From: Takakia lepidozioides
Taxonomy: Eukaryota > Plantae > Bryophyta
Reading direction: 5' to 3'
Assembly (NCBI GenBank): GCA_030704615.1
Contig: CM060732.1
Span: 23,436,001-23,500,000, forward strand
Length of the DNA stretch: 64,000 nucleotides
Shown here: piece by piece, positions 26,301 to 38,330 of the stretch
Position numbering within the stretch: position 1 is the stretch's first letter
Layout: every line of letters starts with the position of its first letter
Made by a program: the position numbers and the translations under genes
Notes under the pieces: model-generated
The model's database searches: none
Told to the model about the DNA's origin: nothing
What the model saw: only the letters and a program-made list of their open reading frames with translations

Positions 26301-29300
26301 TCCCGAGACAGAGTTTCCCAGTTTTGACACGAGTGTTGCGCTTGACATATTTTTATCTGCAGGCTGGCTCTGGTGGTCAGGAAGCAACATGTCTCTACTT
26401 CGACCTCTGCCTGTAATGATGAGTGGGAATCAGGCATATGGCTCTACATAGCAGCTGCTCACTGGTCACGGGGGGCTGTCCAGGCTGCTTGAAGAGGCTA
26501 ACTCAGATGGGTCCTCCTTGATTTGCGATGCAGGACTCTGTTTGTGCTATACTGCAGGTGGCGGCGTCCATGCCTTCCTGTGGGGCTTTGAGGGATGCGT
26601 GTGAGGACTGCTGTGCACGCCACTTTGACTACTGCATTGTCCCTCCAGCTACTGAGTTCCGGGAGCTCGAAGCTCCATGCCTATTGCGAATCTTGCAGGT
26701 TTGGCATTGCACTCCATTACTAGCACCTGGTGCTCAAAAAGTAGGTGGAACTTTCACATCACACATAAATGGTTGGTTCTCAAATTCCGCAGTTTGGTCA
26801 GTCTTACAGTCCTGTAGTCTCACTGGGGTGAGTAGAAACATGTGGGTTGACACAGAAGCCATAGCAGACTCTGCCCATGATCCGATAAGAAGGCGAGATA
26901 CCCCGGTGTGGCAGTCAGAAGAGTAGAGCAATCTGGACATGATACGTATATCATGTTGTCAAATCCAATGGGTGGAATGAGAGAGTCTTTGGGACGATTG
27001 CCATTCCCCTGTAAAATTTGGTGCCTAGACTGAATTGGATGTGATTTGTGAGAACTGAACCCATCGAATCCCAAGGAGATTGCACAAGTGCTTAAACTTG
27101 CCAGATCTTGATAAACCCTGTGGATCGGTGACCTGCTTGACAGTGTCATGCCCTTGCCAGAACGAGCAATACATATATTGACAAGTCAGGTAGCTGACAT
27201 CCTTTCTGACTTATGTTGGTCTCTCATTATCAGCACCCAGGTTTATGGGTCACATCGGAAGAGAAAGTTTTGGACGCCATCATGATGTGGGGTGTCAACA
27301 CGGACGGAATTTATGGGTGGGAGGATGCCAACAAGCATGCAGAGGTCCTAGGTGCTGTTCAAAGATTTGAGCAACGGATGGATGATCTAAAGCTTTTGCT
27401 ACCCCTTGTGCGCTTCTCTCTCATGTCCCTTCCAGTTTTGCAGATGGTGAGACTGCAATCTGTTTCCTTCTCCTGGTCAATGATGTTAGACATGGTACAT
27501 ATTATCCTGTTGGAATAAGTGCATGGTAAAGTTCAGGCATGTATTCTCTCTTGAGAGAGCCACTTCGTCTGTGTCTCATCTGATGTTTTTGGAAGTGGCG
27601 TCTTGTTGTTCTTCTTTCATCACATGGGCCTTTGGGAAAAATTGTGGGACTGTAAAGTTTCAACCTTTCTGTTTCTGTGTGTGTGTGTGTGTGTGTGTCT
27701 CTCTCTCTCTCTCTCTCTGTCTCTCATCAGCCCCTGACAAAGGTAGGTTCTGTCCCTTTGTGTTCTGTTCAAACTGGGCGCGGGGTCAATGGCCACAAGG
27801 CTACGGCAAACAACGTCTTATGAGTACATTCTCTCTCTCTCCATGCACATACTACGGCAAACAATGTCTTATGAGTACATTCTCTCCATGCACATGCTGA
27901 TGTTCTTTCTTGCGTTTGGGCTGAATATGTACCTTGGTAGGTGAAAACCGACTTCCAAAGGTTCGTATCGTGTTTGGACTGGCTTGAAAGCTACCCCATA
28001 ACCTATGTGTGTGAGGGACAGTCTTAATTTGACAGATATAGGTGGTGTGGTTACTATATAATGTAGAATCAAGATCATCTGAACTACTCCAAGCCGAACG
28101 TCAAAGCACAAACAGTTTGCCCTTGGTTTAATGTATTGGTGTTTGTGCAGTTGCAAAATGCAGACCTTTGCACTCTGAGTAAATTAGTGCCAGCAGTAAA
28201 AGACCTGGTGAGTTTGTGGCTCCTCTTTCTGGGGTATAACAGATGTAATATGTTAAAGGTTTGCTCACATAACTTTGTAGGCATCTATTTTATCAACAAG
28301 CGCACCAACAATCACGAGGCCTCTGGCACTAACATGGACTATCGAACACTCCTTTAGGGGTTACCCACTGGACTGAGCAACAAATGTCACCTAGCTACGT
28401 GCCCACCGGTCAGAATTTGAAGCCAAAAGGGTCTGATGTGGGAAGGGTCTGATAAGTAGGGGCACGTCCACAGGGGAAAAAGAGAAATCCCAGTCACATT
28501 GTTAAAAAGTTACTAAGTCTTATCTGAGGCTGTTGGCCCAATGGCTAGGGGAGGTCGTATAAGTCATGTTGGCAATAGCTGTCATGTATTCTTTCACAAT
28601 GCATCATCGGCAAAAGCTAATATGTGGACTGCACAGGCTACAGAAGCAATCGAATATCTGGACCAAGATCTTACATCGTCTAATCAACAAAAGTGAGTTC
28701 CTTTGCTTGATGAAACTTGTGATAATCAGTATAATGTGCTACTCAATGAGGCTATCGAAGTACAAGAATCGCGAGTTTCATGAAAGGCAGTGACAGTCAA
28801 GATCCTTATATGCAACAGAGCAATTCTATGGGAATCTCAGAAAGGATTGGAGGAGACAATGTCTGGTACCACTTCAGGGATTCAGAATAGGTGAATTGTT
28901 CAAAGCAGGTTCTGGAGTACCTGATCATGTGCATGCTATGGCAACTTTCATTGGTCTAACTTTGGATTTCTTACATTCAGACCATTTCTGTTCCCCTGGT
29001 TCAGCCGCATAACTAGTTGATGGCAGCTGGTTCCGCATTGTGGTGGTATGCAATGCCGGGGTGTTAGAGAACCAAATGTCAATTGAATGCCTCATGTTTA
29101 ATCCCAAGGCATCAAGAGCCATATGGGTTTGCGGGAGGGGTGCAGTTCACATTATTGCTAAGTAGGAGGTCAGGTACAACATTTCCTCAAGGTATTGGCG
29201 TTCCTATGAATAATATGACCAAGTGTGGTTGATCCAAGGTTCATGCTGAAAATTTCTGTAATTGCTTGTGCTTGATATAGGCAAATATTTCAGACACTGG

Positions 29301-31523
29301 ACATGCGTACTCAAGGCCGCCTGGTCAATTTTCAAACAAGATCTCAACTATTCAGCCGCCGCCTTTCCACATACAAGGAGCTGCTCTACATTTGTGACGG
29401 AGACTGCAATGGGGTGATCTATTATGTTGGCACATCTTATGGGCTCCATCCCTGGATGAATCCAGTTGTAACAAAGGTACTAAACTTACCGTGTTGGTCA
29501 TAGAGCCCACCCACAAAATGGGGCTGTATCTGCAAGGGGAAGAGGCTCTTATTTACGGTAACAGCTGGCGTCATCTCTCTTGTTGGTCACTCGATCTGGA
29601 TAACCTTGTTTTTGCTTGGCGTATCTAGTTGTGGAACTGAAGCTTTCCTCAAGAATGGGGTATTATTGGCCATAACTGCATCCAATAAGTACAGGGGTTT
29701 GCACACATGTGATTGAAGTCACAGTTGGCAGAAGGCATATTGAATAGTTTAGCTATTTAGAACAGGCTGTGTAAGGTGGTTAGTGACCACAATTTAGTGG
29801 GGCCTTGAGCATGGGAGGTGGGGATAAGCGTGGCATCTCATTTTCTCGCCACACCAACCCTTTTGTGTTATACACCCCTAGCAAATAGCAGAGTTTTGCA
29901 AAGTACCGTTGCATCTAAAAAGCTGCTGCTGTGGCAGAGGCTAGTGGTCTCAGCAAGCAGTCCTCCATCTCGTTACACTGATTCTAAGGCTCTCGTGTCC
30001 CGCAATTATCAGGTACTTCTTTTCTATGTCAGCATTCTTTTGACTATGACACTTCTCTTCAACTCTATGAACATTACTAAAAGGAAAACCATTGCTTTAA
30101 CAATGAAAAAAGAAATATACTTTATTTTTTTTCTACTTCTACTTGTCATCTGTTTTCTAGATGGTGCAAGGAAACAACAGCCAAACCAGAAAACAACTCG
30201 AGCCTACGCTGTTACGCAGTGCCAAAGCGCTGTTAGCCCCATGCCATACCATATCCACACAGAACCCTGTTCTGTCCTTCTGCAATTGATATACAGAGGA
30301 ACACCAAAAGCGAAGGCAGCTTTCTGGGTCTCTACCGACGCTGAGGTGCGAAAGAACGGGGAGCTTAAACACAGCCAAGTGTCCACTCCGATTGCGAGGT
30401 CAGAGTGTGCATCCAGCTATTTCAGGGAAACGTTGATGCAGATGTACCATTCTTCAACATCAGACAAACCCGTGGGAAGTGCGTTGGTATCAAGAGCACC
30501 CAGTAGACACTATGAATATAGGAAGATAGAGGATATGAAAAAGCTGATGGTGCATTGCAACGAGAAGGCGAGGCTTCCATTTCAGGCGAAGTTCAATAGT
30601 GAATGTTTTTTACAAATCGATGTTATTGGGATATTTGGTGTGTTTCTATGTAGGGTACGTCATTTGCTGGACCTTGCAATGAGGGCGGGCGAATCTCAGC
30701 CTGGTGGAAAGTTGATCTGGGAGAGGATCATCAGGTGAGTTGCTTGGGAAGTCTCTCCAGGCGCAAATTGCTTCAGGACTTGTTTTTGTTATTTGGCTAC
30801 TCTGTTTTGAATGTAAAGGCAAGATGCAGGGTCTCACTTAAAGTGTTACTGTGCAGCTTATGTGCAATTACTACACTGTGCGTCAGGATGGTTCCACTAA
30901 TTTCCCCTGCAATTGGAGCCTGCAGGTAAAACCCCATGTCACTGTCTCAATCTCTGTCTAGAGGTCTTTCTGTTTCTTTTGTGGAATAGGAGTACTATTC
31001 AATCTCATGCCAGGGGAGGAGTTCGATAGAACAATTGGATGGTCCTGATGATGGATTTTAGGATGTGTTTCTGAGCTCTTATACAATGGAGCCGCATTAA
31101 AGACACAGGTAGAAAACAACTCCCCTGCACAAACTAGTTTCATGTTGTATGACTGTATGTTGCTGATAAGACCCTAGACCTTGGGGTGCGCATTCTAGGA
31201 AATAAACAATCCTGCACTAGGTGAGCTTCCTTTAAGCCATTTATAAGGCAGTCAATCACTTCTTAAGGCAAGATCAGTTAATCAAATTCAGGATGGCACT
31301 GCAGGGCTCTACGGATGGACACCATTGGACGGAACTGCGTACACATCAAAATGAACAGACAATCTACAGGCCGGGTCAGTATGCGTCCTGGCCGGTCTTT
31401 GGCGCCCGGGCGTTACTCCCATTCCGTTACTTCAGGGTTGTCCTCCTGGGCCCCACAACAAGCACCTCAAATCAGTGGAACCTATGCCTCTGCTACATAG
31501 AGCTTTATGGGCATTTCCGATAG
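23320..31523 (+). CDS. BTB/POZ-domain protein similar to Arabidopsis At2g30600 (farnesoic-acid-MTase-like N-terminal domain, two BTB, BACK, C-terminal galactose-binding-like/F5-8 domain), multi-exon
   Basis: VPPFDCAW..FEARADNDVTV; YVGLSSWDKHVGY; two BTB motifs (FSDVQF..AHRILLAS; FSDVEL..AHRLVLSAWSAPFAKMFTNGMCE); BACK (VTSEEKVLDAIMMW..VRFSLM); YICDGDCNGVIYYVGT; WWKVDLG; QGSTDG..W; YIELYGHF* at 31523. Confidence 0.9.
27676..27725. repeat. Compound microsatellite (GT)n(CT)n in a BTB-gene intron
   Basis: Read directly from the sequence. Confidence 0.95.
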
Positions 31524-32962
31524 AGTACATCTGTCATCTTTGTCGTCTGTGACAGCATTGACCAACCCTCTTACTGTATATACCCCTCAAAAAGGAACTA
31601 GGCGGTTTTGCCTACCCTACCGAGGATAGAGGTAGGTTGACTTTGAGTTTAAGGCAGGCTATTTTGTTTTGCGTCAGAGTAAAGAGTTCCATTTGAAGGT
31701 GGGTGGTAGGGTGCTTGAAATGCCTTGGGTATTGTCCAGATGGTGCTTTATGACAAGGTAGGATGCAGTACATAGTACATAGTCTGGAAATAGCGGTACT
31801 CTTAAACTGTTTCTGTTGTTAATCGATGAATTGGTTAAGGCTAGCAGCCTTGCCATGTAGACTCTGAAGAATCTTGTGCAGAGTCAAAAGGCACCTAGCC
31901 AAATAGTGAGAAAATAACAGCATGAAGCAATGTTATAGGATATGAGTTGAAACTAGAACCTCTATTGGGCTGGGAGTCAGATGGTCTGTTCCAAGTTCTT
32001 CAAAATGACAGGATGAAACTTTATCCCAAAACTTGCATGTGAGGAAGCAAAAATTCCAACTGTTTGCACAACAATTGAGCATCGCACCAGAACTGGCTAG
32101 AAATCCTTCTGATGACTGTGCCCTCACAGCCAGAGGAGCATTAAGCCTCTCATTATTCACATAAATATCCCTTGGTTGCGTGTAATTTTATTGATATTAA
32201 TTCAACCAACATGTCGGACCAAAAGCTTCAGTTTTGGGATGGTGGACGGTTAGCAAGAGAAAAAGACCTCACTTTTCTTGAAGGGGATTTCAGGAGAGTT
32301 TTTTTTCGCTTGTTTGAGATTGGCAGCTCAAGTAGTTACTGAGAACACTGAGTCACACCAGGTTAGAGACCTGCGTAGGTGGACCGACACTGGCAGTATC
32401 ACTTATTGTGAGGGAGTCAAGCGGCATTAATCAATAACATACCCAAATACCCTTACAATCACTATATGAAACTTTCAAGCAGCCACCATGGGATTGGATC
32501 TTGGTGGGTTAAGGATAGCTTTTGACAATATTCATGCAAGTTCGTCAAGGGCTCCATCCAAAGCCACCCCACAAGAAACAAACAAACATCTGCAAAAGTT
32601 AAGATGCTGAACAAACTTGTGCACAGGGCTGCCCCTCTAATCAAGCTCATCAAAATTCGTATTCACTTCCATCTTCAAGCTTTGGAGAAGCTCCACCACC
32701 CAAACCCAGAATTAGGACAGCACTCTGATTTCCATCTACTGTCACCAAAGTCAGTCCAATATCACCCCTTCAGTCAAGTGCAATTATGGGCTTCCCACCT
32801 ATGCCGGGTAGACCCCACTATCATTTCCCGTGGATATGCCATAGGAAATGCACTCAACAGTACATCATGGTCAATACTCTCAGGAAATGGTGGATGATCT
32901 GAGTAGCTACACAGATCACTGAATGAAGCAAGACACTCGCATCTTTCCAAGAAAACATCCTT

Positions 32963-35887
32963 TCACCAGTAATCCCCACAAGAACAAATCCCGTCTTCAA
33001 AGTGGTGAAAGCGGTTAGCGTCCCGTACAACAATTGCTCGGCCAACAATCTTTGAGATGAATTTGGTGGAGGTGTGGCAGTCACCACACACTCGAAGATT
33101 CTTGATGAGACGGAGAGGCGTCCTGGGGGTCGTGCTGATCAGCCCCAAACCAATGGCCAGCTTCTCACTGTGGTGGCAAAGAGAAAATTCCTTTTCCTCC
33201 TCCCCCACATCATGCAATACAAAGCGCGTGTCAGGCACATACCCCGCCTTCTTCATCTGCCCAGACAATCTTCTCAGCTCAGCATGGATTTCCTTAATTC
33301 TGGGATGCAACTTGTCAGCTACAACGAAGGTGTGTACCCTGTTGCCAACCTCAATGCAGCAGCGACCTGGCTCCTTTCTAACCCCTTTGACCTTCATCAT
33401 TCTTCTCACCTTTGCAGTATCATCCCACCTGCCAGCTGCAGCATAGATGTTTGAGAGCAACACATAAGTCGCAGCATCCTGTTCATCCCACATGAGGATA
33501 GATGTTGCTGCACGTTCAGCCATCTCCACATTGCCATGGATTCTGCAGGCACCAAGCAAGGCCTTCCACACCACAGCATCCGGATTGATGCGCATTTTAT
33601 TAATCAGGTCCACTGCCTCATCCAGTTGTCCTGCACGTCCAAGAAGGTCCACCAAGCAGCCAAAGTGCTCTACTGTCGGAATGACACCATGATCTTGACT
33701 CAGGGCATCAAAGTAGCGTCTTCCTTCATTCAGTAGGCCAGCGTGGCTGCATGCAGAGAGAACACATGTAAAGGTGATACTGTCCGGCTTCAAGCCGTTC
33801 TTTTGCATTCCTTCAAATAGTTGCACGACCTCCCTATGACAACCATGCTGTGCATACCCTGCGAGCATCGCGTTCCACGACACCACATTTCGTTCAGCCA
33901 TATTGTCGAACACTCCCTTTGCATCCTCGATGCTCCCACATTTGGCATACATGTCCACCAGGGTATTGTTCAGGATCACATTTGGTACAATTCCAGCTCT
34001 GACGATGTCTACATGCACCTCTTTGCCCTTTTCCAGGGCTGCCAAGCTTGCACACGCATTGCAAACGCTCACAAACGTGATGTGGTCGGGCTTCACCCCT
34101 TCGCACATCATTTGTTCATACGTCTCCAAAGCCTCCATCCCACGCCCCTGCTGTGCATACCCTGCGAGCATCGCGTTCCACGACACCACATTTCGTTCAG
34201 CCATATTCTTGAACACTCCCTTTGCATCCTCGATGCTCCCACATTTGGCATACATGTCCACCAGGGTATTGTTCAGGATCACATCTGGTACGATTCCAGC
34301 TCTGACGATCTCGCCATGCACCTCTTTGCCCTTTTTCAGGGCTGCCAGGCTTGCACACGCACTGCAAACGCACACAAACGTGATGTGGTCGGGCTTCACC
34401 CCTTCGCACATCATTTGTTTATACGTCTCCAAAGCCTCCATCCCGCGCCCCTGCTGTGCATACCCTGCGAGCATCGCGTTCCACGACACCACATTTCGTT
34501 CAGCCATATTATCGAACACTCCCTTTGCATCCTTGATGCTCCCACATTTGGCATACATGTCCACCAGGGTATTGTTCAGAATCACATCTGGTACGATTCC
34601 AGCTCTGACGATCTCGCCATGCACCTCTTTACCCTTTTCCAGGGCTGCCAGGCTTGCACAAGCACTGCAAACACACACAAATGTGATGTGGTTGGGCTTC
34701 ACCCCTTCCGCACTCATTTGCTCATACGTCTCCAAAGCCTCCATCCCGCGCCCCTGCTGTGCATACCCTGAGAGCATCGCATTCCACGACACCACATCTC
34801 GTTCAGCCATATTGTCGAACGCTCCCTTTGCATGCTCGATGCTCCCACATTTGGCATACATGTCCACCAGGGCAGTGTTCAGGATCACATCTGGTACGAT
34901 TCCAGCTCTGACGATCTCGCCATGCACCTCTTTGCCCTTTTCCAGGGCTGCCAGGCTTGCACACGCATTGCAAACGCACACAAACGTGATGTGGTTGGGC
35001 TTCACCCCTTCGCACATCATTTGCTCATACGTCTCCAAAGCCTCCATCCCGCGCCCCTGCTGTGCATATCCTGCGAGCATCGCGTTCCACGACACCACAT
35101 TTCGTTCAGCCATATTGTCGAACACTCCCTTTGCATCCTCGATGCTCCCACATTTGGCAAACATGTCCACCAGGGCAGTGTTCAGGATCACATCTGGTAC
35201 AATTCCAGCTCTGACAATGTCGCCACGCACCTCTTTGCCCTTTTCCAGGGCTGCAAGGCTTGCACACGCACTGCAAACGCACACAAACGTGATGTGGTTG
35301 GGCTTCACCCCTTCCCCCATCATTTGCTCATAGGTCTCCAAAGCATTCCTACCACACCCATGCTTGGTAAATCCTGCCAACATTATATTCCACGTGATCA
35401 AAGATCGTTGAGGCATTCTGTTGAACACTTGGTGAGCATCCATGATGCTCCCGCACTTAACATACATGTTGACAAGGGTGTTGAGGAGAAAAACATTTGG
35501 CATGCATCCACTTTGGATAATGTGAGTGTGCACCTGCTTTCCAGCTTCCAGGCCTTTCACCTTGATGCACTTATGCAAGAGACAGACATATGTTTCTGAA
35601 TCTGCTGAAATGCCTCCTTGGTTTAAAATCTGTAGAGCCTCTTTCAGTCTGCCTGCCTCACAAAGCATCTTCACATGCCCAAAAGTGCCAGAAGAGGCAT
35701 TGTGGACTCCCTCTCTTGATCCTCTTCCAGAAGCTCTGGTCACGGTTGAGGTGCCTGATTTTATCAACTGTGCCGCTGCAGCTGCTGCCTTTAGTTGACC
35801 ATCTACCCATGCAGGTTTCTTGTAGCTATTGATCCACAGGGAATCATAGATAATCTTGTGCTTGAAATCTGGCCCTCTTGGATGAAT
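32963..35887 (-). CDS. PLS-class PPR protein with E1, E2 and DYW cytidine-deaminase domain (organellar C-to-U editing factor), terminal exon; starts with the second half of an OSB-type PDF motif
   Basis: Uninterrupted ORF: L-S-(P-L-S)x5-P2-L2-S2-E1-E2, PG box (EPGRCCIEV), HSEKLA, CGDCH, CSCGDYW*. The listed GTG start at 35899 is the end of an intron (..GTCCAG|ATTCAT). Confidence 0.95.
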   Translation of the reverse strand: MHPRGPDFKHKIIYDSLWINSYKKPAWVDGQLKAAAAAAQLIKSGTSTVTRASGRGSREGVHNASSGTFGHVKMLCEAGRLKEALQILNQGGISADSETYVCLLHKCIKVKGLEAGKQVHTHIIQSGCMPNVFLLNTLVNMYVKCGSIMDAHQVFNRMPQRSLITWNIMLAGFTKHGCGRNALETYEQMMGEGVKPNHITFVCVCSACASLAALEKGKEVRGDIVRAGIVPDVILNTALVDMFAKCGSIEDAKGVFDNMAERNVVSWNAMLAGYAQQGRGMEALETYEQMMCEGVKPNHITFVCVCNACASLAALEKGKEVHGEIVRAGIVPDVILNTALVDMYAKCGSIEHAKGAFDNMAERDVVSWNAMLSGYAQQGRGMEALETYEQMSAEGVKPNHITFVCVCSACASLAALEKGKEVHGEIVRAGIVPDVILNNTLVDMYAKCGSIKDAKGVFDNMAERNVVSWNAMLAGYAQQGRGMEALETYKQMMCEGVKPDHITFVCVCSACASLAALKKGKEVHGEIVRAGIVPDVILNNTLVDMYAKCGSIEDAKGVFKNMAERNVVSWNAMLAGYAQQGRGMEALETYEQMMCEGVKPDHITFVSVCNACASLAALEKGKEVHVDIVRAGIVPNVILNNTLVDMYAKCGSIEDAKGVFDNMAERNVVSWNAMLAGYAQHGCHREVVQLFEGMQKNGLKPDSITFTCVLSACSHAGLLNEGRRYFDALSQDHGVIPTVEHFGCLVDLLGRAGQLDEAVDLINKMRINPDAVVWKALLGACRIHGNVEMAERAATSILMWDEQDAATYVLLSNIYAAAGRWDDTAKVRRMMKVKGVRKEPGRCCIEVGNRVHTFVVADKLHPRIKEIHAELRRLSGQMKKAGYVPDTRFVLHDVGEEEKEFSLCHHSEKLAIGLGLISTTPRTPLRLIKNLRVCGDCHTSTKFISKIVGRAIVVRDANRFHHFEDGICSCGDYW
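33850..35400 (-). repeat. About five near-identical 303-bp tandem repeats, each one P-L-S triplet (101 aa)
   Basis: Same nucleotide text recurs at 303-bp spacing (shadow ORFs start at 33894, 34197, 34803). Confidence 0.95.
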
Positions 35888-37340
35888 CTGGACCCACACT
35901 CTACCCCTGCTCCTTCAGCTATCCATGCCTCTGCACAAATCATGCATTCATCCTTGCCTTGCTGCTAGCAGCTGACAATGACAGCCTAGATTTGTTCTAG
36001 GAAACACCCAACTCAGCTTATCACGCTAGTTCCTATGCTCATTGCATCTGCTACTCTCTGTAATCCAACAGGCATTCACCTTGTTGCCTCGATTGTCCCA
36101 CCATTGACTGGGGTCAGAAAAGTATTTTTTCCACAGCTTCTCCTCGTCTCTGTTACCTGTTTCTGGATACTTTCCTGTTGTCACATTGGCAGTATCATGT
36201 CAAAATCACTCCAAACTATCAAACGGGCACTCAACCAGCTAACTTGCAGAATTCAACGTGAAAATTTAGGGCCGGTTCTGATAAGAGGGAAAAACAGGGT
36301 GAAATGTGTTGAAGAAGGTGCCTTCATTGGCAGTGCCTGATTTTATCAATTGTGCCGCTGCAGCTGCGGCTTCCAGTTGACCACCTACCCATGCAGGTTT
36401 CTTGTAGCTATTGGTCCACAGGGAATCATAGGTAATCTTGTGCTTGAAATCTGGCCCTCTTGGATGAATCTGGACCCGCACTCCATCCCTGCTCCTTCAG
36501 CTATCCATGCCTCTGCACAAAACATGCATACATCCTTGCCTTGCTGCTAGCAGCTGACAATGACAGCCTAGGTTTGTTCTAGGAAACACCCAACTCAGCT
36601 TATCACGCTAGTTCCTATGCTCATTGCGTCTGCTACTCTCTGTAATCCAACAGGCATCCACCTTTTTGCCTCGATTGTCCCACCATAGACTGGGGTCAGA
36701 ACAGTATTCTTTCCACAGCTTCTCCTCGTCTCTGTTACCTGTTTCTGGATACTTTCCTGTTGTCACATTGGCAGTATCATGTCAAAGTCACTCCAAACTA
36801 TCAAAGGGTCGCTCAACCAGCTAACTTGCAGAATTCAACATGAAAATTTAGGGCCGGTTCTGATAAGAGGGAAGAACAGGGTGAAATGTGTTGAAGAAGG
36901 TGCCTTTATTGGCAGTGCCTGATTTTATTAATTGTGCCGCTGCTGCTGCCGCTTCCAGTTGACCATCTACCCATGCAGGTTTCTTGTAGCTATTAATCCA
37001 CAGGGAATCGTAGGTGATCTCGTGCTTGAAATCTGGCCCTCTTGGATGAATCTGGACCCACACTCCATCCGCCTGCTCCTTCAGCTATCCATGCCTCTGC
37101 ACAAATCATGCATACATCCTTGCCTTGCTGCTAGCAACAGACAATGACAGCCTAGAATTCTTCCAGCAAACACTCCAACCATACTTATCACACTAGTTCC
37201 TATGCTGACTTGCATCTGCTTCCAACAGGCATTCACCTTTTTGTCTCCATTGTCCCACCATTGACTGGTGTCGGAGAAGTGTTCATTCCAAAGCTTCTCC
37301 TCGTCTCTGTTATCTGTTTTTGGATACTTTCCTGCTGCCA
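35752..37340 (-). repeat. 582-bp tandem repeat (about 2.7 units), each with a split PDF-motif exon pair
   Basis: IHPRGPDFKH exons begin at 35887, 36469 and 37051 (582-bp spacing); 95-bp WWDN exons at 36174-36080, 36756-36662 and 37331-37237. Confidence 0.92.
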
Positions 37341-37840
37341 CATTGGCACTAACTTGTCAAATTCATTCCAAACCACCACAGATCCACTGCAACATATGGC
37401 AAATGAAAGGCTACAACTGATGAGAGCGCAAAACAGGCTGAAATAGGTCGAAGAAGAAGGTGCCCTCACCACATTGTCCTTGACCTTGTGTCATGACCCA
37501 TGGAGGATTTGACCGACCATCAACCCAAAAGGACCTCTTGTGTGTGCTGCTTGTGTCTGTAGTCAGGTAATCTCGGATTGGTCTGTGAGAACCACCACGG
37601 TGCAGCTGAGCAGGCAGAGATTGAAACACGGCCTGCTAAGACCAAGCTGACTCTCCCAAGAACCTTGTAAACATCAGGAAGAATACCAAATCATGGTACT
37701 AACAGGAGCCAAGAGCCCACATTTGCAGGATGGACAAACTTCTTCACATCGTACAGTGAGAACAAGCCACACCTTGCGATTGCGGTTCTCCCACCATCGT
37801 GAAGGATCTCTAAAAAACTCATGCCAGCTCTGCTCCGTGC
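36080..37840 (-). CDS. Putative 5' exons of the PPR-DYW gene encoding OSB-type PDF motifs (partly degenerate)
   Basis: EQSWHEFFRDPSRWWENRNRK|gt (ends 37773); ag|TNPRLPDYRHK..(frameshift)..WVDGRSNPPWV (37582-37470); ag|GKYP..DEEKLW..SDPSQWWDNRGNK|gt x3; ag|IHPRGPDFKHK..SLW..PAWV x3. Confidence 0.65.
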
Positions 37841-38330
37841 TCCAAGGTAGAGGTTTGTGATCGAAAATCCGACAGCATCAACATGTTGACATGGTCCTTT
37901 ACTGAGGGGTGCTAGTGAGCTTTCAACAACATTCATGCAAGTTGCTTTGGGCTCCATTGGGCTCTACACGATGAGGAACAACGAACTCCAAACTCTGCTC
38001 AAGAAACGTGTGCTTTTACCGAACTTTCAACAAGGATATTACTGTGCTCTTCCAAGGTGGCAGGGGTCAGGGGCCCTACATCGACCACCGGTTCGTCGTC
38101 GTGCCGTTCTGATGGCTCCTAGCGGTAAAGAGCGTCGATTTCTGTCGGTAGAATGATCAAGTCAGACAGACCGAGCAAGCGATTCAAAAAAGTCCCGGCG
38201 GATCCAACCCCCCTCAACCCGCGTTTCCATCGATAGCAACTCGAATCCAGCGTGGTTATAAGTAGAGGATGGATTCAGGGTGAGAGGGTGTAGACGGAAA
38301 GACGAGCCTTATTGGGATATGAATTGAGCT

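Noticed and set aside
29818-30738. 306-aa ORF inside the BTB gene
   Set aside because: Chance read-through of a short exon plus intron; only LVVSASSPPSRYTDSKALVSRNYQ is BTB-gene coding in this frame.
32963-33370. Possible U-to-C (DYW:KP/GRP-type) editing domain
   Set aside because: Canonical PG box, HSEKLA and DYW terminus indicate ordinary C-to-U type.
33821-35599. Long antisense ORFs (476, 316 and 255 aa) over the PPR array
   Set aside because: Shadow frames: a stop-free 303-bp unit repeated in tandem stays open; no independent protein features.
37691-37957. 88-aa ORF as the PPR transit peptide
   Set aside because: Not in frame with the WWENR motif exon or its phase-0 donor; the true start could not be determined.
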